Positions 1-6,169 of a stretch of 32,000 nucleotides of DNA are shown piece after piece (position 1 is the first letter of the stretch; each line of letters begins with the position of its first letter). A model generated the notes under the pieces. It was not told the DNA's origin and did no database searches. It saw only the letters and a list, made by a program, of their open reading frames with translations. The DNA lies in the NCBI GenBank assembly GCA_947647595.1, contig CANSKZ010000009.1:21072-53071 (forward strand), written 5' to 3'. The DNA is from an uncultured Clostridium sp. (GTDB lineage Bacteria; Bacillota; Clostridia; TANB77; CAG-508). A program made the position numbers and the translations under genes.

Positions 1-150
1 CTCCTTATTTTTGTATCATTATATCCAATTTAAATTTACACTTATATATTCTTTATTTTATCATGCTAATAAAATTTAATCAACAAAAATTCCGTAAAAT
101 TAGTGACTTTTTAATAAAAATATTATAAACTATAGAAAAGGAGTAAAAAT

Positions 151-615
151 ATGAATATTAGAAAAGCGACGATGAAAGATTTTGAAAAGATATTGGAATT
201 GCAAATTCAATTAGATGAAACAGAAATAGAATTTGACAGTAATTTAAAAGAAAAACAAGAGATAATAGATAAGGAAATTGAAAGTTTAAAGAAAAGAATT
301 CGAAAAAGAAATACAATATTTTTAGTAGCGACGAATGAAGAAAATGAAATTATAGGTTTTATTGATGGTTTATTGTGGGATGATGCTTGGTATTATAATG
401 AATTAGTAGCCTTTTTGGACCATATTTGTGTGGATAAAAAATATAGAAATAATGGTTATGCAACAAAACTATTAAATGAATTTGAAAAAATAGTAAAAGA
501 AAAGGGAGCTAAATACATAAGATTATTGGCTTTTCATCATAATATGTCAGCAGTTTCTTTTTACCAGAAAAATGGATTTTCGGAATATTCGATGTATTAT
601 AATAAAAAATTGTAA
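151..615 (+). CDS. GNAT-family N-acetyltransferase
   Basis: 154-aa ORF with an SD (aaaggag) upstream. It has a motif-A-like segment, ICVDKKYRNNGYATKLL. Size and layout are typical of GNAT enzymes. Confidence 0.8.
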   Translation: MNIRKATMKDFEKILELQIQLDETEIEFDSNLKEKQEIIDKEIESLKKRIRKRNTIFLVATNEENEIIGFIDGLLWDDAWYYNELVAFLDHICVDKKYRNNGYATKLLNEFEKIVKEKGAKYIRLLAFHHNMSAVSFYQKNGFSEYSMYYNKKL

Positions 616-628
616 AAAAGGAGAAAAA

Positions 629-1186
629 ATGGAATTAATAGATGCAATTCAAAATAGAAAAAGTATTAGAAGCTATAAAAATACAGAAATATCAAATGAA
701 ATCATCGAAGATTTAATTAATTGTGCAAGACTTGCGCCTTCGGCAAAAAATAGACAACCTTGGAAATTTGTTGTGATAAAAAATGAAATGAAAAATAAGA
801 TTATTGAAATTATGCTAGAAAAAGAGAAAAATCCAGATTCCAAATTTAGTGGAAAAGTTTATCCAACCAGTGTGCCAATTACTGTAAAAGCAATCGAGCA
901 AGCGCCAATATTAATTTTAGTATTAAGAGAACCAGATGATAATTGGCGAATTGGAGATGCTCTTTCTATTGGTGCAGCAGTAGAACATATTTGCTTACGT
1001 GCCACAGATTTAGGACTAGGGTCATTGTGGATTAGAGATACTGTTTATGCTGAAGAAGAAATTTTGAAGTTAATTTCTCAAGAAAATATGAATTTAGTTT
1101 GCGCAATTTCAATTGGATATTCAAATGAAAATAAAAATCCCAAACCTAGAAAAACGCTAGAAGAAATTTTGATGTGGTATAAATAG
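629..1186 (+). CDS. Nitroreductase-family oxidoreductase
   Basis: Start moved from the ORF-track 572 to ATG 629, which has SD aaaggag and begins MELIDAIQNRKSIRSYK. The RKSIRxY and APSAKNRQPW motifs are typical of FMN nitroreductases. Confidence 0.8.
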   Translation: MELIDAIQNRKSIRSYKNTEISNEIIEDLINCARLAPSAKNRQPWKFVVIKNEMKNKIIEIMLEKEKNPDSKFSGKVYPTSVPITVKAIEQAPILILVLREPDDNWRIGDALSIGAAVEHICLRATDLGLGSLWIRDTVYAEEEILKLISQENMNLVCAISIGYSNENKNPKPRKTLEEILMWYK

Positions 1187-1197
1187 AAAGGTAAAAA

Positions 1198-2001
1198 ATG
1201 AATATTTATAAATCTTTAAATGAAATGATAAATTACATAGAAAATAATCTCGAAAATAAAATTGAATATGAAAAATTGGCAAAAATTTTAGGTGTGAGTG
1301 AATATACGATGAAAAGTATTTTTAGTTTACTTTGCAATATGTCTATTTCAGAATATATACGAAAAAGAAGATTATCAAATGCAGGTTTTGATTTGTGTAA
1401 AAGTCGTGAAAAAATAATTGATATTGCTTTGAAATATCAATATGAAAATGCTACTTCATTTTCCAGAGCATTTGAGAAATTTCATGGAATGAAACCAAGC
1501 AATGTAAAAAATAATCCTAATGGATTAAAGATTTTTACCAAGTTAATTTTTGATGAAAATATAAAAGAAAATACCAATATTAAATATAGCGTAATTGAAA
1601 AAGAAGAAATGATTTTATATGGAAAAGGAATCAAAACAACTGATTATGAAATTTCCCAAGATGCGCCAAAACATTTTGCTAATATGCAAAAAAAATATAT
1701 TCACCAATATGGACCAATTAAATATGGCATGGTAGTATATGAAAAAAGATTTGAAAGTGATAATTATCAATATTGGGTTTTGTATGATAAGGAAATTACC
1801 GAATTTGAGAAATATGTTATTCCGAAAAGCAAATGGTTAAAATTTGATATTTCATCACAAGATGAAAAAAATATTCAAGAAATGTCACATAGATTTTATG
1901 CAGAAATTGTTCCTGTTTTAAAATATAATTTAAGAGAATTGCCAGAATTGGAGTATTATCACGACAATATGACAGAATTTTGGATTCCGATAGAAAACTG
2001 A
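1198..2001 (+). CDS. AraC-family transcriptional regulator with C-terminal GyrI-like effector-binding domain
   Basis: The N-terminal double HTH (SEYIRKRRL ... ENATSFSRAFEKFHGMKPS) is AraC-type. The C-terminal ~150 aa resemble GyrI-like/SOUL-type ligand domains. TGA stop at 1999-2001. Confidence 0.75.
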   Translation: MNIYKSLNEMINYIENNLENKIEYEKLAKILGVSEYTMKSIFSLLCNMSISEYIRKRRLSNAGFDLCKSREKIIDIALKYQYENATSFSRAFEKFHGMKPSNVKNNPNGLKIFTKLIFDENIKENTNIKYSVIEKEEMILYGKGIKTTDYEISQDAPKHFANMQKKYIHQYGPIKYGMVVYEKRFESDNYQYWVLYDKEITEFEKYVIPKSKWLKFDISSQDEKNIQEMSHRFYAEIVPVLKYNLRELPELEYYHDNMTEFWIPIEN

Positions 2002-2027
2002 TTTTTTATACGACTAAAAAGAAAACA

Positions 2028-2056
2028 TTGACATATAATAAAATGTGAGTTATAAT
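2028..2056 (+). promoter_or_regulatory. Sigma-A-type promoter (TTGACA-17-TATAAT) for a short + strand RNA
   Basis: ttgaca at 2028-2033, a 17-nt spacer, and tataat at 2051-2056. No ORF follows; the next element is a terminator about 50 nt downstream. Confidence 0.6.
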
Positions 2057-2062
2057 AAATAT

Positions 2063-2134
2063 AACTTATAAGTTTAAGTATACGTTTTAAACGAAATACA
2101 AAAAAAGACTAGGAATGGCGTTTCCTAGTCTTTT
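2063..2134 (+). ncRNA. Candidate type I antitoxin sRNA (locus 1), ~70 nt
   Basis: Bounded by a consensus promoter and the hairpin gactaggaa/ttcctagtc plus a T-run (2107-2134). Segment 2076-2100 (aagtatacgttttaaacgaaataca) is a near-direct repeat of 2189-2213, so it is complementary to the start-codon region of the convergent small ORF. Confidence 0.5.
2101..2134. terminator. Bidirectional intrinsic terminator shared by convergent sRNA and small ORF
   Basis: A 9-bp stem (gactaggaa / ttcctagtc) with loop tggcgt, flanked by an A-run upstream and a T-run downstream, so it should work on both strands. Confidence 0.65.
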
Positions 2135-2137
2135 GCT

Positions 2138-2206
2138 TTATTCTTCATCATCTATCATAGATAAAATAATGAGTAAAGCTAGCGTTTTAAGTATACGTTT
2201 AAACAT
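2138..2206 (-). CDS. Candidate type I toxin, 22-aa hydrophobic peptide MFKRILKTLALLIILSMIDDEE
   Basis: ATG at 2206, with SD GGAGG (2222-2218) 11 nt upstream and TAA at 2140-2138, immediately followed by the terminator. It has its own TTGACG-17-TATAAT promoter and an SD-sequestering 5' hairpin. Confidence 0.45.
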   Translation of the reverse strand: MFKRILKTLALLIILSMIDDEE

Positions 2207-2217
2207 AAATACAATTG

Positions 2218-2252
2218 CCTCCTTTCAAAAGATTTCCTTTTGTGAAAGGAGG
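2218..2252 (-). promoter_or_regulatory. 5' UTR hairpin sequestering the SD of the small ORF
   Basis: A perfect 10-bp stem, cctcctttca (2218-2227) / tgaaaggagg (2243-2252). In the minus-strand mRNA the upstream CCUCC pairs with the SD GGAGG. Confidence 0.55.
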
Positions 2253-2257
2253 GGGAG

Positions 2258-2286
2258 ATTATAATATGGAAATTATAATTCGTCAA
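2258..2286 (-). promoter_or_regulatory. Sigma-A-type promoter for the locus-1 small ORF
   Basis: The minus strand reads ttgacg (2286-2281), a 17-nt spacer, then tataat (2263-2258). Confidence 0.55.
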
Positions 2287-2369
2287 GAAAAACTGATTTT
2301 TTTTATCAAGAAAAAGTCAGTTTTTTTGTATTTTATTTTGATATAATTTGAGAAAAAGAAGGGATTGAA

Positions 2370-4271
2370 ATGAGTAAAAAAATTATATCAGAAGTATTTT
2401 TAACTTCAAAATATGTTACAGAAGAATCTTGGCTAAATTTAATTTTTGAAGTTTCGAAACTAAATGGTCGATTTAAGAAATGGGATTTATTTGTCAAAAT
2501 TGAATTAAATACAGTACGATATTTCATTAGTTCTTCCCGCGAATTGCCACCAGTTATCAGCCATTTAAGTGACTTTTTATTAAAACGAATTGATACAAAA
2601 GAAAAAATACATTCACAATTTAATTTTTTCTACTTTATAACCAATCGAGAAATTAATGTTCTAGATATTTATGATAAAAATGAAGTAAAAAAAGCAAGAA
2701 ATCTAACTATTTCACAAATTACAATATGGCCTTATTGCAAAGATAATTTTTTATCTTTCACCCAATTCTTTTTTGAAAAAAAGAATAAAAAAATCATTAA
2801 AAAATTAGCCTTATTTAATATTCCACATCGATTTTTAAGTATTGATTTTTCAAATTATAGCCGATTTTTTTATAAAAAAGATGCCATTAAATTTTTGGAT
2901 ATTCAAAAATCTTTGCATTTATTAAAAAGTGATGAAAAAGATAGTTTGCTTAAAGTAAATGGATTTCCCTATTTGAATAACAATTATTATTTGCATCTAA
3001 ATCGTTACGATTTTGATAAACATTCTTTAGTTGTAGGGGCAAGTGGCTGTGGAAAATCAAAATTAATTAGTTCGATTATTGCCAATATAAAGAATAATTC
3101 AAATTATAATTTAAAATATAAAGTCATTGTAATTGACCCGCATGCCGCAATGGAAGATGATATTGGCGGTTTAGATGATACAGCAGTTATTGATTTCAAA
3201 AAAGTAGAAGACAGTGCAAATTTATTTATGAATTCTGGTAAAGACATGGTAACTTCTACAGAATTAATACTTACTTTATTCAAGTCTTTAATTGCAGATT
3301 TATATAATTCAAAATTAGAACGTGTTTTAAGGCATAGCATTTATACATTACTTGTGAAAAAAGAATTATCTTTTTCAAATTTAAGAAAATTTATTTTAGA
3401 AATCGAATATCGAACAGAAATGATAAATGAATTAGAAGAGGAACTTCCAGAAAGCACGGTTGATTTTTTCTTAAGTGATTTTAATGAATTAAAAAATCAA
3501 TCTTATCAAGAAGCAATTGCACCCATTATTTCGTTTATTGATGAAATGCAAATTTTGCCTGTTTTTAATCAAGAAGATAGGAAAATGAGAAATATTGAAG
3601 AAATTGTAAAAGATAATTTTTTAACCATTTTTTCTTTAGATCAAGTTTCGCTAGGTGAAAATGTTACAAAAACAATTGCAGGATTTGTAATGGGGCAGAT
3701 TTTGCAATTAGTTCAGGGAATGTCATTCGAGGAACATATTATTTTTGTAATTGATGAAGTTGCGGTTGTGGAAAATCCAATTTTGCGTCGTTTTTTATCA
3801 GAAGCTAGAAAATATAATCTTTCTTTGATTTTAGCACAGCAATATTTTAGTCAAATAAGTGAAGAGTTACAAAAATCAATTTTTTCAAATGTGCTTAATT
3901 ATTACATATTTCGTGTATCACGAGCAGATGCACAGATTTTAGAATCAAATATTCAAATGGAAGTTGCTGTTCATGATTCTTATCGAATACGCATGAAAAT
4001 TCTAACAGAATTAGCAAATCGAGAATGTATTTTGCGTGTAAGTAGTAATGGAAAAGTTTTACCAGCTTTTAAAGGAAAAACGCTGGATTTTGTTTCACTT
4101 CCAAGACAAAACAAAAGTCAAATATTAAGCACAAATTTGCAAGTAAAAAATAAAAACAAAATCAAACAAGAAATGAAAAAAATTACCTTTCATATTGGTG
4201 AAAAAATTAATTTAAAAGACATTATGAGCTCGCAATCAACAGGTAGGAGGAGGATTCATTTAAATGAATAA
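2370..4271 (+). CDS. FtsK/HerA-superfamily P-loop ATPase, TraD/TrwB/VirD4-like (coupling-protein-like), no evident TM segment
   Basis: Motifs present:
- KHSLVVGASGCGKSK (Walker A), followed by VIVIDPHAAM;
- IIFVIDEVAVV (Walker B);
- ARKYNLSLILAQQYFSQI.

This order and spacing recall T4 coupling proteins and DUF87 ATPases. The N-terminal ~215 aa have no long hydrophobic stretch. The gene overlaps the next ORF by 8 nt. Confidence 0.6.
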   Translation: MSKKIISEVFLTSKYVTEESWLNLIFEVSKLNGRFKKWDLFVKIELNTVRYFISSSRELPPVISHLSDFLLKRIDTKEKIHSQFNFFYFITNREINVLDIYDKNEVKKARNLTISQITIWPYCKDNFLSFTQFFFEKKNKKIIKKLALFNIPHRFLSIDFSNYSRFFYKKDAIKFLDIQKSLHLLKSDEKDSLLKVNGFPYLNNNYYLHLNRYDFDKHSLVVGASGCGKSKLISSIIANIKNNSNYNLKYKVIVIDPHAAMEDDIGGLDDTAVIDFKKVEDSANLFMNSGKDMVTSTELILTLFKSLIADLYNSKLERVLRHSIYTLLVKKELSFSNLRKFILEIEYRTEMINELEEELPESTVDFFLSDFNELKNQSYQEAIAPIISFIDEMQILPVFNQEDRKMRNIEEIVKDNFLTIFSLDQVSLGENVTKTIAGFVMGQILQLVQGMSFEEHIIFVIDEVAVVENPILRRFLSEARKYNLSLILAQQYFSQISEELQKSIFSNVLNYYIFRVSRADAQILESNIQMEVAVHDSYRIRMKILTELANRECILRVSSNGKVLPAFKGKTLDFVSLPRQNKSQILSTNLQVKNKNKIKQEMKKITFHIGEKINLKDIMSSQSTGRRRIHLNE

Positions 4272-4968
4272 AAAAGAAGCAATGGTAATTGCAAATAAAG
4301 TTTTTGAAAATATTTTTAGGCAAAAATGTCCCTATCATTTAGAAGAAATTTTAACCGAATTTGCTTTTGATATTAAACTTCCCCAAAAAGTAATTGACAA
4401 TACAACAGGAGAAGAAACTTGGGCAAGTTCAATTAATCCAACTAAATTTATTACACAAAAAAATTCAGAAAATTTTAATAATGGAAAAGGCTGGATGCTC
4501 AAAAAAAGAGAAATAAATAGTTTAGAAGATATTATAAAATTGTGGAAAAAAGTAAATTTTACAACAACCGAAAGAATTTATGATTCAAGCAATATTTCGC
4601 AATCTGATACAATTTATAGTTCTGAAAATTTATACCGCTGTAACGATTGTAGAGCATGTAAGAATTCGTTATATTTAGATGGTGGAAATAAGTTAGAATA
4701 TTGTATTGCATCACAAAGAAGTTCGAATTCTTCGTTTTGTATTCGTGTAGATGATTCAGGAAGTTGCACAAATAGTTATAATGTAATTTGTTCAGCTAAA
4801 ATTAGCAATTCCTTATTTATTCAGGATTGCAACAGTTTGCATGAATGTATTTTTTGCTCACATATTTCGAATCGAAAATATTGTATTTCCAATATGCAAT
4901 TTGAAAAAGAAGAATATTTTGAAATAAAAAAAGAAATTGTAAAATGGATTTTAAGTGGAAAAAAATAA
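4264..4968 (+). CDS. Cys/Ser/Asn-rich repeat protein of unknown function (predicted solenoid-like C-terminal half)
   Basis: 234-aa ORF whose start overlaps the upstream stop, with SD aggaggagg upstream. The C-terminal ~110 aa contain at least 7 repeats of an N-S-x-x-[YF]-[C/x]-[IV] unit at 9-13 residue spacing, with 11 Cys in a 90-residue stretch. I recognise no family. Confidence 0.55.
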   Translation: MNKKEAMVIANKVFENIFRQKCPYHLEEILTEFAFDIKLPQKVIDNTTGEETWASSINPTKFITQKNSENFNNGKGWMLKKREINSLEDIIKLWKKVNFTTTERIYDSSNISQSDTIYSSENLYRCNDCRACKNSLYLDGGNKLEYCIASQRSSNSSFCIRVDDSGSCTNSYNVICSAKISNSLFIQDCNSLHECIFCSHISNRKYCISNMQFEKEEYFEIKKEIVKWILSGKK

Positions 4969-5096
4969 AAAAACAATTAGCCTAATTATGGATTTAAAAA
5001 TAAAAGAAACGATAATTAGATAAATGTTGAAAAATAATAAAAGGCAGGATAGAAAGGACGAATTTAGTTATTTGCTTGAATGTATAAAAAGTTATA

Positions 5097-5125
5097 TTGA
5101 CAGTATAATATTAATATGCTATAAT
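5097..5125 (+). promoter_or_regulatory. Sigma-A-type promoter with extended -10 for a short + strand RNA
   Basis: ttgaca at 5097-5102, a 17-nt spacer ending in tgc, and tataat at 5120-5125. Confidence 0.6.
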
Positions 5126-5131
5126 ATAAAT

Positions 5132-5199
5132 AGCTTATAAGTTCATACGAGGTCATTGAGCTTATCCGAGATTATGTGTCCGCATAATCTCTATTTTTT
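5132..5199 (+). ncRNA. Candidate type I antitoxin sRNA (locus 2), ~68 nt
   Basis: Promoter-to-terminator unit without an ORF. The terminator is gagattatg / cataatctc with loop tgtccg and a T-run (5168-5199). Segment 5143-5156 (tcatacgaggtcat) matches 5319-5332 in 13/14 positions, so it is complementary to the AUG region of the convergent small ORF. Confidence 0.5.
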
Positions 5200-5216
5200 G
5201 CATAAAAATAAGAAAA

Positions 5217-5238
5217 AGGCAGGGTGTCCGCCCTACCT
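5217..5238 (-). terminator. Intrinsic terminator of the locus-2 small ORF
   Basis: The minus strand reads aggtaggg-cggaca-ccctgcct followed by ttttcttattttt. Its loop (cggaca) is the exact complement of the sRNA terminator loop (uguccg). Confidence 0.6.
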
Positions 5239-5245
5239 ACAAAGA

Positions 5246-5332
5246 TTATTCTTTGTTTTCTTGGTCTTTATCATTTTTATTGTTAGACAATAGTAAAATG
5301 ATTAGTTTCCAGATTAAATCATATGAGGTCAT
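5246..5332 (-). CDS. Candidate type I toxin, 28 aa MTSYDLIWKLIILLLSNNKNDKDQENKE
   Basis: ATG at 5332-5330, with SD GGAGG (5346-5342) 9 nt upstream and TAA at 5248-5246. It has a hydrophobic N-terminal half and a charged tail. The MTSYDLI..LII start resembles, from memory, the Firmicutes holin-like toxin (Hol_Tox) peptides. Confidence 0.5.
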   Translation of the reverse strand: MTSYDLIWKLIILLLSNNKNDKDQENKE

Positions 5333-5380
5333 ATTATTTATCCTCCTTTCTTCAAGATTACCTTGCGAAAGGCTTTTGGA

Positions 5381-5409
5381 ATTGTACCACACATTTATTT
5401 TAATAGCAA
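5381..5409 (-). promoter_or_regulatory. Sigma-A-type promoter (TTGCTA-17-TGgTACAAT) for the locus-2 small ORF
   Basis: The minus strand reads ttgcta (5409-5404), a 17-nt spacer, then tacaat (5386-5381) preceded by tgg. The 5' UTR contains cctttc, which can pair with the gaaagg of the SD region. Confidence 0.5.
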
Positions 5410-5492
5410 TAATTTTTTTAATAAATTAATTTTGAAGGAGAATTTATAAAGCTTAAACCTAAGTAAAATCAACTGAGAGCAGAATTTTAATG

Positions 5493-5510
5493 ATTTGTCA
5501 ATTGACAAAT
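5493..5510. promoter_or_regulatory. Perfect 18-bp palindrome atttgtcaattgacaaat (possible operator) overlapping a -35 box
   Basis: The sequence is self-complementary as read directly. It contains TTGACA on both strands. Confidence 0.5.
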
Positions 5511-5578
5511 TTACATAAATATGATATAATTTAAGGTAGGGGATATTACAGAGATAACATAGGTTATTTCTGTTTTTT
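5502..5578 (+). ncRNA. Orphan promoter-plus-terminator unit encoding a ~45-nt RNA
   Basis: ttgaca at 5502-5507, a 17-nt spacer, and tgatataat (-10 at 5525-5530). This is followed by hairpin cagagataac/gttatttctg (5549-5572) and tttttt. There is no ORF. Confidence 0.45.
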
Positions 5579-5634
5579 GTTCGAAATTATTTTGTATTAA
5601 TGATTGAAATCGTATAAAAATTGAAACCTAGTTT

Positions 5635-5666
5635 AAGAATTCACTTAAACTAGGTTCATCGATAAA
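5635..5666. other. Perfect 13-bp inverted repeat with 6-nt loop gaattc
   Basis: aacctagtttaag (5635-5647) pairs with cttaaactaggtt (5654-5666). On the minus strand it is followed by ttcaattttta, so it could terminate a minus-strand transcript. An oriT-like role is an alternative. Confidence 0.4.
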
Positions 5667-6111
5667 ACTTATATTAACTTTCAGCGAAAACTAATATACA
5701 TAATAGTCTAAGCTAACATATATCACTATATGAATAACCTATATACCACATATATTAATCAGTTGCTAGACAATAAATGCACTCATCATAGCCATATTCA
5801 TCTCGAAATAGAGACTATTAATAACCACAATTAAATACAAGTATCATCATGACTTGGAATAAATTACCTATCATTTAACCATTGATTAGACATAAAAATG
5901 AATATTTCAATAGCTTACAAACAAATAATTTACTCAGACCGCGTCCGACATAATATAACCAAAGGATTGCTTCAGCTATATTACATCTTAGCTCGAATAA
6001 TAAAAAGCCAAAAATTGACCTCATATTACTCTAAGTTAGGCTAATATAAACCTTATAATTATAGTATTGTCGAATTTTGAAAAAATATTCAGAAATTTTT
6101 TAAAAAATATA

Positions 6112-6140
6112 TTGACAAATGTAGATAAAAGTTGTATTAT
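6112..6140 (+). promoter_or_regulatory. Sigma-A-type promoter of the VirB4 operon
   Basis: ttgaca at 6112-6117, a 17-nt spacer ending in ttg, and tattat at 6135-6140. SD aaaggag lies 7 nt before the TTG start at 6170. Confidence 0.6.
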
Positions 6141-6169
6141 CATAAAAACAAAAAGAAAGGAGCAAAATT

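Noticed and set aside
2266-2346. A + strand 26-codon ORF (MEIIIRQEKLIFFIKKKSVFLYFILI) with GGAGG 13 nt upstream, just before the ATPase gene. It contains a hairpin plus T-run (about 2289-2334), so it could be a leader-peptide attenuator.
   Set aside because: The SD is simply the other arm of the palindrome that sequesters the minus-strand SD. I find only a weak + strand promoter candidate (ttaagt-17-tacaat). The region coincides with the good minus-strand toxin promoter. It is kept as an alternative, not a call.
5517-5530. The identical 14-mer AAATATGATATAAT recurs at five promoters: 5517, 16964, 17990, 18997 (ending in C) and on the minus strand at 29471-29484. I considered whether it is a regulon motif.
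   Set aside because: It equals the Firmicutes sigma-A optimum: the TRTG -16 element plus TATAAT with an A-rich spacer, at the correct 17-bp distance from TTGNCA. It is best explained as strong housekeeping promoters rather than a specific regulator site.
5875-6024. A minus-strand 49-codon ORF (MRSIFGFLLFELRCNIAEAILWLYYVGRGL...) in the ORF-free region.
   Set aside because: It has no convincing SD (only gag) and no clear promoter, and the frame is surrounded by stops. It may be a remnant of a decayed gene rather than a live CDS.
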